This document shows positions 28,796 to 39,382 of a stretch of DNA of 64,000 nt, in pieces (positions within the stretch are counted from its first letter, which is position 1; every line of letters begins with the position of its first letter). The stretch spans positions 44,412-108,411 of IMG/VR virus record IMGVR_UViG_3300029448_008324; one strand, written 5' to 3'. This stretch comes from a virus. The notes beneath the pieces are model-generated. The model had not been told where the DNA came from, did no database searches, and saw only the letters and a list, made by a program, of their open reading frames with translations. The translations under genes and the position numbers were made by a program.

Positions 28796-29628
28796 AAAGT
28801 CTAACCATAGTAACCACATACAGTCCAAGGTATTGGCCTTTGCCAATCCAAAAGTCAATTGAAAGCACTCTTGAGAATTGGCCTGGTCATGCAAGAATAC
28901 TGGTGTATCCAGATGATCAAACTCAATGCATGGAGCATGATAGATTAGAACACTATGATCTTTGCCAAGAACAACCTGTGTTGCAAGAATTTATCAACAG
29001 AAACAAAAACAATTCACAACTACAAACACTTGGACAAAAAGATTATGAATTTGAATATGATGCCATAAGGTTTAGTTACAAAGTTTTTGCTTGTATTGAT
29101 GCATATCAAAAAACAAAGCCTGACATGATGTGGTATCTTGATGCTGACATCATCACATTTGAAAAAATCCCAATGTCATGGCTTGAACACATCATACCTG
29201 ATCATGCATTTACATCATACTTAGGCAGACCAAAAAAAGGATTTTCTGAGACAGGTTACTATGCATTCAACACAGCACATCAGCATGCTGAAGATTTTTT
29301 CACAAGATGGTCAGAATACTATGGGAAAGATTTGTATTTCAACATACAAAAAGGATTTCTTGATCATTTTCCACGTGCTGGCTACACAGATTCATTCACC
29401 TTTGATGCTGTGAGATTAGAGTTTGAACAGGCAGACAAAATGGTCAACGAAGATTTGAACGATGGCAGATTTGGCGGAATGAGAAAAGCAAGACATCCAT
29501 TCATCAATTCTGAACTTGGACAATACATGGATCACTTGAAAGGCTTTGACAGAAAAACAAACATGAAGAGCAATGCAAAGGATTTGACTACCAAACAAAC
29601 ACATTCATACTGGAGAAACTTAAAATGA
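28792..29628 (+). CDS. GT-A glycosyltransferase, DAD family paralogue 4
   Basis: YDAIRFSYKVF, YLDAD, SETGY, HPFINSELGQYMDHLKG. Confidence 0.7.
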   Translation: MKSLTIVTTYSPRYWPLPIQKSIESTLENWPGHARILVYPDDQTQCMEHDRLEHYDLCQEQPVLQEFINRNKNNSQLQTLGQKDYEFEYDAIRFSYKVFACIDAYQKTKPDMMWYLDADIITFEKIPMSWLEHIIPDHAFTSYLGRPKKGFSETGYYAFNTAHQHAEDFFTRWSEYYGKDLYFNIQKGFLDHFPRAGYTDSFTFDAVRLEFEQADKMVNEDLNDGRFGGMRKARHPFINSELGQYMDHLKGFDRKTNMKSNAKDLTTKQTHSYWRNLK

Positions 29629-30500
29629 AAATACTAGTTACAGGAGCATTAGGTTACATAGGAACACAACTTCTATATAACATGCGAAACAGCAATCACA
29701 CCATTGTAGGATTTGATAATTCACAAGATGCCATAGACAACAGACTTGCTGTAGCACTCCAGTATAATAATAATTTTAGTTTCAAGAAAAAAGATCTTTT
29801 GGATGATTTGTCAGAATACAAAGATGTTGACATGATTGTACATTTGGCCGCTGAAGTCGGCTATGTGGCATGTGACGACAATCCAGGACAGTGCATGCGA
29901 ACCAATGTAGAAGGCACAAAAAATATTGCTTCCCTAGACAAACCAACTGTGTTCTTGTCCACTGGCAGTGTGTATGGCAAACTTGATCAACCTTGTATGG
30001 AAACACTTGAATGTAATCCTGCAACACTGTATGCCAAATCAAAACTTGAAGGTGAACAAATTATAAAACAAATCAAAGATTGGACCATACTGAGGCCTGC
30101 CACAGCATATGGACTTTCATTTAAAATGCGTCACGATCTACTAATCCACACTTTGTGCAGAGATGCAGTTAAGTCAGGCTTCATACAGTTGTATCAGCCT
30201 AAAGCAGAAAGAACTTTTTATCATGTGAATGATCTTGCCAACACACTTGGCCACATAGTTGATAACTTTGACCAATTCAAACACAATATTTTCAACATAG
30301 GTGCTGAACACTTAAACATCACAAAAGAAGACATAGTTAAAGAAATACAAAAACACATTGATTTAAAACTAGAAATAGTAGAAGATGAAGACAGAGACAA
30401 GCGTGACTACTATGTTGATTATTCTAAACAAAATAAGTTTTTCAAAGTGGACAGCACTTTAGATATTTCTGGCATAATAAAATATTATCAAGGTTACTAA
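29625..30500 (+). CDS. NAD-dependent epimerase/dehydratase
   Basis: TGALGYIG, STGSVYG, YAKSK. Confidence 0.88.
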   Translation: MKILVTGALGYIGTQLLYNMRNSNHTIVGFDNSQDAIDNRLAVALQYNNNFSFKKKDLLDDLSEYKDVDMIVHLAAEVGYVACDDNPGQCMRTNVEGTKNIASLDKPTVFLSTGSVYGKLDQPCMETLECNPATLYAKSKLEGEQIIKQIKDWTILRPATAYGLSFKMRHDLLIHTLCRDAVKSGFIQLYQPKAERTFYHVNDLANTLGHIVDNFDQFKHNIFNIGAEHLNITKEDIVKEIQKHIDLKLEIVEDEDRDKRDYYVDYSKQNKFFKVDSTLDISGIIKYYQGY

Positions 30501-31483
30501 TGAAAGTAGAAGTTTTCCGCAACACAGTAAAACGCAGAGGCAAAGGTGCATCATTTGAAATGGTCAAGGCCTGGTATGATGGCATCAAGGCAGTGGGAGA
30601 TGACCCTATATGGATTGAAGGTCGCAGTGATCCTGAACGTTGGATGGGCGATCCCAAAGAGCAAGTGGCTGTGCATTTTGGTTATGGACCAAACAATGCA
30701 GGAGACTTTCTCAAAGGCAATCGCAGAAAAATTAGACAACATCATGAAAAGAACGGCGGTGTGTGCATTGTGTTTGACGGGGGACTTTGGACATCATTTG
30801 GCAACAGAGCCACTGATTGGAACAAACATTATTTCAGATGTGCCCTGTGGTCACCCATGCGTAATGGCAACTTTCTGAATCAAGATTCGCCTGCAGACAG
30901 ATGGGAACACATTAAAAAAACTTTCAACATAGACAATCGTGCATGGAAAGGTGATGGCAAATACATCATGCTATGCACACAACCCAAAGACAACTGGTCC
31001 ATGGCACAGAAAGATCCCTATGAATGGGTGGATGAAGTGGTTAGTGCTTTGAAAGGCGTCACAGACAAAACACTGTTGTTGCGTCCACATCCTAACCATG
31101 CAGACAAGTGTGCAGAAGATATTCGCAAACGTCATCCGCAAATTAAAATTGCAGACATGAACAGAGGTGGTGGCATGTTCAAAGATTATCGTTGGACATT
31201 CATTGAGGAACTAGATGCTTCTGATATCCATTGTGCAATTACACACAACTCCACAGCAGTGGTAGATGCAGCCACATATGGAGTGCCTGTGTTTATGACA
31301 TCAGACTTGTGTCTTGCATGGGACGTTGGATCTAATAATCTCAAACAAGTAGAAACACCCGTTAAACCAGATCGTGATCAATGGTTGCACAATCTTGCCT
31401 ATGCTAACTGGACCATAGAAGAAGTTCGCAATGGCACTGTGTGGCGTAGATTTAGGCCACACATAGAAAGTATGATTAAATGA
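30500..31483 (+). CDS. KpsS/KpsC-like protein, paralogue 3
   Basis: LCTQPKD, LRPHP, ITHNSTAVVDAATYGVPV. Confidence 0.6.
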   Translation: MKVEVFRNTVKRRGKGASFEMVKAWYDGIKAVGDDPIWIEGRSDPERWMGDPKEQVAVHFGYGPNNAGDFLKGNRRKIRQHHEKNGGVCIVFDGGLWTSFGNRATDWNKHYFRCALWSPMRNGNFLNQDSPADRWEHIKKTFNIDNRAWKGDGKYIMLCTQPKDNWSMAQKDPYEWVDEVVSALKGVTDKTLLLRPHPNHADKCAEDIRKRHPQIKIADMNRGGGMFKDYRWTFIEELDASDIHCAITHNSTAVVDAATYGVPVFMTSDLCLAWDVGSNNLKQVETPVKPDRDQWLHNLAYANWTIEEVRNGTVWRRFRPHIESMIK

Positions 31484-32109
31484 AAGCATTCATAATATAT
31501 CTCAAAGAACTACAATCAACAATTGATTCTGCCTTGGAATGTAAACGCACAGCAAGACAACATGGATTAGATGCATGGATGCTGGAGGGATTTACTCCTT
31601 CACGTGCTGATCAATTTATAAAAGAAAACAATTTACAACCATATCTACCAGGACCTAAACTGTTCAAGATTAAATGGCAAAAAGGTGGAGTGCGTGGTTG
31701 TATGATATCTCATTACCATGCATGGAAAAAATGCATTGAACTTGATCAAAACATTGTGGTGCTAGAACATGACTCTCGTGTGTGCAGTGATACCTATCTG
31801 CAAGAATTTCAAGATGTGTTGCACCTAGATGCACATAGATTTGAACCAGACCCGGATGAGGGCAGGCAAGCAACAGTAGAGGATTTTGTGCATGTGAGAA
31901 AAGGTGAAAATCAACTCAAAGGCACATACGGTTATGTGATCAAACCACATGCCGCAAAACGACTGATCCAAGGTGCTCATGAAGACGGCCTTACAGCCAG
32001 TGACATGTTTGTAAAAGACAAGTATGTTCGCATACAAGTTGCAAAACCAAGAGCAGTGTATGTTGCCAGCCAAGACAGTTTGACCGTCGATAGATCATTC
32101 AATATATAA
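31480..32109 (+). CDS. GT25-like glycosyltransferase
   Basis: AFIIYL, GCMISHY, VLEHD, GTYGYVIKPHAAKRL. Confidence 0.78.
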   Translation: MKAFIIYLKELQSTIDSALECKRTARQHGLDAWMLEGFTPSRADQFIKENNLQPYLPGPKLFKIKWQKGGVRGCMISHYHAWKKCIELDQNIVVLEHDSRVCSDTYLQEFQDVLHLDAHRFEPDPDEGRQATVEDFVHVRKGENQLKGTYGYVIKPHAAKRLIQGAHEDGLTASDMFVKDKYVRIQVAKPRAVYVASQDSLTVDRSFNI

Positions 32110-32113
32110 TCAT

Positions 32114-32851
32114 ATGCACATCACAATTACAGGGTCACATGGATTCATTGGCCATCATCTAGTAAATCATTGCCACAAACACAATCATAATCTATCATGT
32201 TGGGACTTACAGATTGGAAAAAATATCTGTAACTTCACACTCAAAGGATTATTGGAAGACACCACAGATGTTGTCATACATCTTGCCGCACTGGCAGGCA
32301 TCAGAGAGTCAATTGAAAATCCAGATCAATATTGGGAAACAAATGTGGAATACACAAAAAAAGTTTTTGATGTTGCTGAAGAAAAAAATGTTCGTGTAAT
32401 ATATGCATCATCATCTGCTTGCAAAAGATGGCATGGAAATCCTTATGCCATATCAAAATATGTCAACGAATTCATTGCGCCAGATAATTCAGTTGGACTG
32501 AGATTTTCAACTGTGTGGGGAGATGGAGCCAGAGGTGACATGTTGGTGCCACAAATACAAAATAAAAATTTGAAGTATGCAACTACACACCACAGAGATC
32601 TCATACATGTATCAGACATTGTGTCTGCAATACAATGCATCATTGATCATCCTGAAGAGCGTGGAGTGTTTGATGTAGGCACAGGAAGAACTGTTGCTGT
32701 GGATCAGTTGGTAGCACACAACGGCCTTGATGTGCCAATCACTGATGGCTTTGATTATGAATCCAAAGAAAACTTATTGCCTTCACACAGACTGAGAGCA
32801 CTTGGTTGGGAACCGAAACGTTTCATAATGGATGAAAAGTTGTGCAACTAG
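32114..32851 (+). CDS. NAD-dependent epimerase/dehydratase
   Basis: TGSHGFIG, HLAA, YASSS, YAISK. Confidence 0.88.
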   Translation: MHITITGSHGFIGHHLVNHCHKHNHNLSCWDLQIGKNICNFTLKGLLEDTTDVVIHLAALAGIRESIENPDQYWETNVEYTKKVFDVAEEKNVRVIYASSSACKRWHGNPYAISKYVNEFIAPDNSVGLRFSTVWGDGARGDMLVPQIQNKNLKYATTHHRDLIHVSDIVSAIQCIIDHPEERGVFDVGTGRTVAVDQLVAHNGLDVPITDGFDYESKENLLPSHRLRALGWEPKRFIMDEKLCN

Positions 32852-33474
32852 TCGATGGATTTTTTATTCCAGATGGTGATTTGCCCAAACATCACATTGC
32901 AGAACCTGTTGTGCAACACGATGCTATCCTCAATCAAAAAGTTTTAGAATACACTACAACAAGACGTCACATGATTGATGTTGGCGGAAATGTTGGAAGA
33001 TGGAGTGTGGACTTTGCCAAACACTTTGATACAGTGTCTGCTTTTGAACCAGCGCCTTATCACATTGAATGTTTTGAAAAAAATTGTGCACCATATCCTA
33101 ATGTAAAATTGTATCCATATGGACTCAGCAACACAAACAAAAAAGGAAACTTAGAAGTAGCAGTTGAACATCATCTAGGATCAACTAGAGTAATTCCAAG
33201 TGATGATGGTACCATAGAACTAAAAACACTAGACCAACATGGATTCACAGATGTGGATGTGTTGAAAGTTGACGTTGAAGGATTAGAAATAGATGTGTTA
33301 CAAGGCGCCGAACAAACCATTGCGAAATGCAAACCAATAATTGTAATTGAAAGATGTGTGTTCAACAGTGAACGTTTTGGTTTAGACAAAATGGCAAGCC
33401 ACAATGAATTGGATCGTCAAGGCTACAAAAGACTATTTAAGATTACCAGAGATTGCATATACGGCCCTAAATGA
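32842..33474 (+). CDS. FkbM-family SAM methyltransferase
   Basis: IDVGGNVG, FEP, LKVDVEGLE. Confidence 0.88.
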   Translation: MQLVDGFFIPDGDLPKHHIAEPVVQHDAILNQKVLEYTTTRRHMIDVGGNVGRWSVDFAKHFDTVSAFEPAPYHIECFEKNCAPYPNVKLYPYGLSNTNKKGNLEVAVEHHLGSTRVIPSDDGTIELKTLDQHGFTDVDVLKVDVEGLEIDVLQGAEQTIAKCKPIIVIERCVFNSERFGLDKMASHNELDRQGYKRLFKITRDCIYGPK

Positions 33475-33815
33475 AATCATATGAAAAACTAGACAAAGAG
33501 ATCTTTGTGATAGAAAATCAACAAGGCAACACATCAAAAACATATGACTTAGATGAATATTCAAAAATTGTTCCAACACAATTTGTAACAGATTACTATG
33601 ATTACAACAAACCACACAGACAAACCAAATCTAATCACGAATCTACATGGCGATTGATCACATGTATGTTTGGTGTTATAATATGTAAATGCGGTGATCA
33701 CACCATTGAATTATCGCGAGAAAACAAAATACAGCTAATGATAGGTCCAAACATTAAATTTCAATACCACAACAAAAGTGGCAAATCTGTGTGTCATGTG
33801 AGATCAAGTGCATGA
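33471..33815 (+). CDS. Hypothetical, possibly cupin-fold
   Basis: Operonic 114 aa, beta-rich C-terminus. Confidence 0.5.
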   Translation: MKSYEKLDKEIFVIENQQGNTSKTYDLDEYSKIVPTQFVTDYYDYNKPHRQTKSNHESTWRLITCMFGVIICKCGDHTIELSRENKIQLMIGPNIKFQYHNKSGKSVCHVRSSA

Positions 33816-34444
33816 GCAGATTGGTTGTATTCGGAGACAGTTGGCCCTATGGTGCAGAACTAAAAGCAGGAGAAAAAACTTTTGGCGAACTGTTGCATGA
33901 AAAATTAGGCACAGACAGTTTTGTAAATTGCTCACAAGAAGGCACATCAATTGATCATCTGGTTGTGCAACTCGAACAATACATGTCTCAAGCAGATGTT
34001 GGCACAGACATTGCTGTGTTTTTCATTAGCAATCCTATAAGATATATGATTCACAAAAAAGGCAATTGGGACACCATTAGACCAACTGGTGATAAAAGCA
34101 TGAACACAAGATTTTATTACGAATATCTACAATCAGATGAATTGGATAACCATCGAGCCAACACTTGTATTCTTGCTTTACAAAATATGTGTAGATATAG
34201 CACAACAATAGTGAAAGACATTTATCTCGAAGGATGGTCTGCCATAGATTGGTCATATCCTAGCATCAACAAACAAAAGTTTTTGCCTAAATCTGCCTTG
34301 CAAATGTTTGAAGCAAATATGAATAAACAAACAAACGAACTGGTTAAAAATCAAAGGAATCCTTTCATATATCCCAACAAGTATCATCCCAATCAAAAAG
34401 GACATACACTGATTGCAGAGGAATTATATAAATTTGTCAAATGA
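33812..34444 (+). CDS. SGNH/GDSL-like protein
   Basis: VFGDSW block I; C-terminal HPNQKGH. Confidence 0.6.
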   Translation: MSRLVVFGDSWPYGAELKAGEKTFGELLHEKLGTDSFVNCSQEGTSIDHLVVQLEQYMSQADVGTDIAVFFISNPIRYMIHKKGNWDTIRPTGDKSMNTRFYYEYLQSDELDNHRANTCILALQNMCRYSTTIVKDIYLEGWSAIDWSYPSINKQKFLPKSALQMFEANMNKQTNELVKNQRNPFIYPNKYHPNQKGHTLIAEELYKFVK

Positions 34445-35304
34445 AAATAGCAGTGTTTCCAAAAACAAGCGCCATGGCGGGCAAGCCAGTGATGGCAGCT
34501 TTTATACAGTCGCTCCAAGGCGAAGACTACGCCATTTGCGAAAATCACGAAAGACCAGAAGCAGATGTAGTGGTCATGTGGTCATGGCTTCTTGGAATGT
34601 ATGGACGTGATGCCATATACAATCATTACAAAAAAACAAATACAAAATTTTTAATATTAGAAGTTGGTGCATTGCAACGCAACACATCTTGGAAGGTTGC
34701 TATCAACGGCATCAACAGAGATGCTGATTTTGGCAATCAATCTGTTGATGATAGTAGACTAAAATTGTTTGACCTTACCTTATCAGATTGGCATGCATCA
34801 GGTGACCATATTATAGTGTGTGGCCAAAATGAAAGATCAATTGCATGGGATCAAGGCAACACCGCACAATGGGTCAACAAAATGATTGATTGGATACGCA
34901 GTCAAACAGATAGACCCATTTGGTTTAGACCACATCCTAGGTTTCCTGTGCATTACAAGAATGCACAAATAAAAAATGTATTTGTATCAAAACCAAAAAA
35001 GTTAAATCACAAAGGCAATATTGATGAAGTTGACTTTGCACAAGCAATGTCACATGCACATGCTGTGGTAAACTATAATTCTAATCCTGCAATCGAAGCA
35101 GTGCTATCTGGCGTTCCTGTGTATGTAGACCAGTCATCATTATGTTGGGATGTAGCAAAACCAATTGGCGATGACATAGAAAATCCAGTCAAACCTGATC
35201 GCTCTGCATGGCGCAAACAGATAAGTTATACTGAATGGTTCGTAGAAGAAATAAAACAAGGCCTTCCATGGAAGAGGTTGAGACCACGTTTGATCGATGG
35301 GTGA
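34441..35304 (+). CDS. KpsS/KpsC-like protein, paralogue 4
   Basis: VCGQ, FRPHPR, VNYNSNPAIEAVLSGVPV, YTEWFVEEI. Confidence 0.6.
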   Translation: MKIAVFPKTSAMAGKPVMAAFIQSLQGEDYAICENHERPEADVVVMWSWLLGMYGRDAIYNHYKKTNTKFLILEVGALQRNTSWKVAINGINRDADFGNQSVDDSRLKLFDLTLSDWHASGDHIIVCGQNERSIAWDQGNTAQWVNKMIDWIRSQTDRPIWFRPHPRFPVHYKNAQIKNVFVSKPKKLNHKGNIDEVDFAQAMSHAHAVVNYNSNPAIEAVLSGVPVYVDQSSLCWDVAKPIGDDIENPVKPDRSAWRKQISYTEWFVEEIKQGLPWKRLRPRLIDG

Positions 35305-35374
35305 CCAAAATATACTTTGGTATCATGCTGTCTTTTCCAATCATAATGGTGGTTCTTATCTACTTTGAAACAAG

Positions 35375-36076
35375 ATGAAAAGTTTCGTTTGTGTATGCAC
35401 AGGCACCAAGTATGGCACAACTTATGTGGACAAACTCTACAACATGGTGTCAAGACATGCCAACGACTTTAAATTTTTTGTAATCACAGACAGCAAAAAA
35501 GCATGGCGTCCTGAGATCAACCAAATTGTAGTATCTCCATTGTTTCCAACATGGTGGAATAAGATCCACATGTTTAGAGATGATATAGGACTTGAAGGCA
35601 GAGTGCTATTCATGGATTTGGATGTTGTCATATTCAAAAACATTGATGAGTTTTGGGACTTTGAAGGCGATGCATTTGTTATCATACAAGACTTCAATAG
35701 ATGTAGAATTAAAAATTATCATGTGCGTAATTCATCTGTGATGAAATTTGTTGCAGGACAAGAAGTAAATGTATGGAATGAGTTTGTTGCTGATTCAAAA
35801 AAGGTCATGCAGAGGTTTCGTGGAGATCAAGATTACATGACAGCAAAATATCCTGGTGGTCCCATATGGCCCAAAGAATGGGTGATGTCTTACAAATGGG
35901 AGATAGGATTAGAACCAGGAGAAAAAAGACGCTCGCCACACGATCTATTTGTCAAACAATCGTACACTGATCGCAAACATGGACTGCCAGAAGATTGTGC
36001 TGTGGCTGTGTTTCATGGCAAACCAAATCCTGCAGAAGTAGAAAAAGATCCGCTTGTGATTGAAAATTGGCGATGA
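35375..36076 (+). CDS. GT-A glycosyltransferase (GT8-like)
   Basis: GTKYG, WWNK, FMDLDVV, NSSVM, GDQDY, VFHGKPNP. Confidence 0.8.
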   Translation: MKSFVCVCTGTKYGTTYVDKLYNMVSRHANDFKFFVITDSKKAWRPEINQIVVSPLFPTWWNKIHMFRDDIGLEGRVLFMDLDVVIFKNIDEFWDFEGDAFVIIQDFNRCRIKNYHVRNSSVMKFVAGQEVNVWNEFVADSKKVMQRFRGDQDYMTAKYPGGPIWPKEWVMSYKWEIGLEPGEKRRSPHDLFVKQSYTDRKHGLPEDCAVAVFHGKPNPAEVEKDPLVIENWR

Positions 36077-36801
36077 AAACACTTGTGGTTGGTGACAGTT
36101 TCGTTACTAATAAAATTGAAACATACGCAGATCATTTGTGTAAAATACAATCTGATATAGTTGTAAAAGGATTGCCTGGTAGTGGCAACGATTTAATAAG
36201 TCATGTGTTGTTGAATGAATATAAAAATTATGATAGATTTATAATAAACTGGACTTCAACTTGCAGGTATGATTTGTTGATCAGCGATGACATCAAAAAA
36301 TATTTGTATTTAGACAATTGCAATCACCATTATTACAACAATCAGTTGTTTGTAAATTCAGGTGGATGGCGCGGGAACTGGCAAAAAGAATCAACTAACA
36401 CAATGTTTTCTTCAATGTATAAACATCATTTTGACGTTGAAAATTCCTGGCGGACAACATTGCAAAACATGGTAATGGTGCATCAATTGTTGCAGAACAA
36501 ACCACACATCAACTTTTTTTCATATGACACATTTGAGTGCATAGATTTTGGCAGTTATGAAAAGCAAAACACTAAAAATTATGATGGTAAGAAATGGAAA
36601 AAGTTCAAGCAAAAAAACAAATGGATATCTGGTATCGAATGGAATAACGTTTGGTTTCACAAAAACAGTTACACCAATACAGGCGGCGTAATGGATTGGT
36701 GTCATGACAACACAGATGACACAGGACATCATCCTTCTGGTGAAGGAGCCAAAATGTTTTTGTTGCAAGTTTTGACACCCTGGTTGGGACAAACAGGATA
36801 A
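36073..36801 (+). CDS. SGNH/GDSL-like hypothetical protein
   Basis: VVGDSF, PGSGN, NWT..RYD, C-terminal HHP. Confidence 0.55.
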   Translation: MKTLVVGDSFVTNKIETYADHLCKIQSDIVVKGLPGSGNDLISHVLLNEYKNYDRFIINWTSTCRYDLLISDDIKKYLYLDNCNHHYYNNQLFVNSGGWRGNWQKESTNTMFSSMYKHHFDVENSWRTTLQNMVMVHQLLQNKPHINFFSYDTFECIDFGSYEKQNTKNYDGKKWKKFKQKNKWISGIEWNNVWFHKNSYTNTGGVMDWCHDNTDDTGHHPSGEGAKMFLLQVLTPWLGQTG

Positions 36802-36809
36802 TTACACAC

Positions 36810-37313
36810 ATGTCGCTATTCAAATTTGAACAATATGGAAATGAAAAGCCTGTGCCTTCTGGAGAAGTGCATGTGGTAAACCAAGATGCGGATGAGCCAA
36901 TCACTGAATACAACTTGGATCAATATGTTGAAAATAGAAATGTGTTACTGATAGGCATCCCCGGCGCATTTACTCCCACTTGCACAGAAAAACACTTGCC
37001 AGGATTTGTTGCTAATGAGCAAAATTTATACAACAAAGGCATTGATGAAATAATATGTATCAGCGTTAACGATCCACATGTAATGTTTGCATTTTCAGAT
37101 TTCATTAACTACGAAGGATCAAACATCACAATGGCAGCTGATCCTTTCGGCGAAGTTTCCGAACAATTAGGATTACTGACTAACATGGGAGTGCTCGGCA
37201 ATAGATGCAAAAGATTTGCCGCCATCATCCAAGAAGGAAAAATAGTAGACATTATGGTTGATGAACGTGGACTAGATGTGTCATCAGCAGAAAACTGTCT
37301 GCAAAAATTATAA
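36810..37313 (+). CDS. Peroxiredoxin (Prx5/AhpC-TSA)
   Basis: PGAFTPTCTEKHLPGF, SVNDPHVM. Confidence 0.92.
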   Translation: MSLFKFEQYGNEKPVPSGEVHVVNQDADEPITEYNLDQYVENRNVLLIGIPGAFTPTCTEKHLPGFVANEQNLYNKGIDEIICISVNDPHVMFAFSDFINYEGSNITMAADPFGEVSEQLGLLTNMGVLGNRCKRFAAIIQEGKIVDIMVDERGLDVSSAENCLQKL

Positions 37314-38008
37314 TGACTATCTCTAATTACCAAGGAGAAGAAATCATTGACAAAATTATTATCAAACAAGGCAAAAAACATTATGAAAAAGTGTGGATGC
37401 CTCGCACAGTGTTCAATGATTCAGATGGCAAAGATGCTTACATCATAGGCAACGGAGAATCAAGAAAAGATTTTGATTTGTATTCTTTGCCGCAAGACAC
37501 ATATGGCTGTAATGCCTTGCACAGAGATTACGAACCAGATTTTTTGATTGTAATTGATCAGCACATGTATCAAGAAGTTATTCACAGCAAATATGGTGAA
37601 AAAAATATTGTCTACACCAATCGTAACAATATGAAAAAACATGCTGGCACTTGTCATCTCATACCACAAAATCCTCACGTGGGTGCAGGAACCACAGCTA
37701 TGCACGTGGCTATTCATGATGGTCATACCAATTTGATATGCCTTGGTTTTGACTGCAACGAAGATGCTCCCAACAACAATGTGTACAAAAATACCAAATG
37801 TTATCACGATAGCAACACAGTAGTGCATCAAACTGTGTGGGGCAAGCAAATTTACCAATTGATAGCAAAACATCCAGATGTGCAATTTTCTTTTGTGGGC
37901 GGTGATCCTTACCAACCATTTTTTGAACTTCACAACTGCAACCAGTGGACATACAACAAATTAAATACGCATATAAATAATACAAATGAAACTACCAGAT
38001 CAAATTAA
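37313..38008 (+). CDS. Cst-II/Maf-like (CMP-ulosonate-type) glycosyltransferase-fold protein
   Basis: IIGNGES, GCNA, PDFLIVID, AGTTA, LGFD. Confidence 0.55.
   Translation: MTISNYQGEEIIDKIIIKQGKKHYEKVWMPRTVFNDSDGKDAYIIGNGESRKDFDLYSLPQDTYGCNALHRDYEPDFLIVIDQHMYQEVIHSKYGEKNIVYTNRNNMKKHAGTCHLIPQNPHVGAGTTAMHVAIHDGHTNLICLGFDCNEDAPNNNVYKNTKCYHDSNTVVHQTVWGKQIYQLIAKHPDVQFSFVGGDPYQPFFELHNCNQWTYNKLNTHINNTNETTRSN
37972..37979 (+). promoter_or_regulatory. T4 late promoter TATAAATA
   Basis: 6 nt before ATG 37986. Confidence 0.7.
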
Positions 38009-38348
38009 AATAGGATGGAAAGACGTTGATCTACAACGAGTAAAAGTTTCATTTGTCAAAAACAATTCAGATTATTGGGGACAGTATATTGCTCGCCAAA
38101 ACAAAATTGAAATACAAGAAGAAGCAGAAGGACAAGATCTAGCCAACACACTGGTGCATGAAATTATTCACGCTATTGTGTATCATTCATCTCTCAACGC
38201 AGAAGGCGGTCCATTGTATGAAAGCAATGACGAAGAACAAGCAGTCAATTCAATGACCAACTGGCTGATGGGTGTGTTCAAAGACAACCCATGGCTGTTA
38301 GACTTACTCAAAAGCAGTATCCACGGTAAAGCCAACAAGAAAAAGTAA
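37986..38348 (+). CDS. Small HExxH zincin-like protein
   Basis: TLVHEIIHA and downstream EE. Confidence 0.65.
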   Translation: MKLPDQIKIGWKDVDLQRVKVSFVKNNSDYWGQYIARQNKIEIQEEAEGQDLANTLVHEIIHAIVYHSSLNAEGGPLYESNDEEQAVNSMTNWLMGVFKDNPWLLDLLKSSIHGKANKKK

Positions 38349-39304
38349 TGGCTCACAAGTCATTGCACTGTTCAGAACCTTACAACACCCTCTACATAGA
38401 ACACACTAATCAAGGCAGAATGGCACCTTGTTGTGCTTTTTTTCCAACCATAGATCCAAACGATTATGATACAGAACTGCAAAAAGTAAAAGAAGATTTG
38501 CACAAAGGCGTATGGCCTACAAATTGTGTTTCGTGCAAACAACATGAAGAAAAGAAACTCGACAGTAGAAGATTAACCAGCGGACAGCAAAAAATACATC
38601 CACACATAAAAAATGTTGAAATAAATTTAGGCAACTTGTGTAATTTGAAATGTGCAATATGTAATCCTAAGTTTTCATCTAGATGGCTGTCTGATGCAAA
38701 ACATTTTGCAGAATTCGATAGCAATGGATTTTACAATATACCAAATAGCAGTGTGAAAGATGTTGGCAAACATATTGATTGGCACAGCATTAGATATCTC
38801 CATTTTAACGGTGGCGAACCTTTGCTTAACAATCAACATTTAAGATATCTAATGCGAGTAATAAATCAAGATCAAACTGAAGTATATTACAACACTAACG
38901 GGACAACCAAAGTTTCAGACGCTGTGTTTAACATTTGGACTAACTTTATTAGAGTAAAATTAATATTTTCAATTGACGATGTAGGACAAAGATTTGAATA
39001 TCAAAGATATCCAGCAAAATGGAAAGAAATTGAAAATAATTTATTATGGTTCAAAACACATGCTCCAGACAATGTTATGTTTGGTATAAACAGAACAATA
39101 AGTCATTTCAACAAGCCATACCTTAAAGACTTAGACGAATGGTTCCAAACAAATTTCTCACATTCACAAAACGGAATAAAAAATGAATTTACAAATCAAC
39201 TTGCTTGGGGGCCTGCTTCTCTTCAAAATACCAGGGAGCAATTTGTTAAATTTGTGCAAAAACTGAATGCTGTTAGAAAAATTTCCTATTACGAGCCAAT
39301 ATAA
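38348..39304 (+). CDS. Radical SAM protein, paralogue of 14917
   Basis: APCC..CVSC; GNLCNLKCAIC; GGEPLL; NTNGT; EYQRYPAKW. Confidence 0.88.
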   Translation: MAHKSLHCSEPYNTLYIEHTNQGRMAPCCAFFPTIDPNDYDTELQKVKEDLHKGVWPTNCVSCKQHEEKKLDSRRLTSGQQKIHPHIKNVEINLGNLCNLKCAICNPKFSSRWLSDAKHFAEFDSNGFYNIPNSSVKDVGKHIDWHSIRYLHFNGGEPLLNNQHLRYLMRVINQDQTEVYYNTNGTTKVSDAVFNIWTNFIRVKLIFSIDDVGQRFEYQRYPAKWKEIENNLLWFKTHAPDNVMFGINRTISHFNKPYLKDLDEWFQTNFSHSQNGIKNEFTNQLAWGPASLQNTREQFVKFVQKLNAVRKISYYEPI

Positions 39305-39321
39305 CAGCGACTTTTTTGTGG

Positions 39322-39350
39322 TTGACGTATTTGGCAAAATACCATATAAT
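39322..39350 (+). promoter_or_regulatory. Sigma70-type early promoter
   Basis: TTGACG-17-TATAAT; SD GAGGT before 39383. Confidence 0.8.
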
Positions 39351-39382
39351 AGTGGTATTAACATTACAAGAGGTAACAACAG

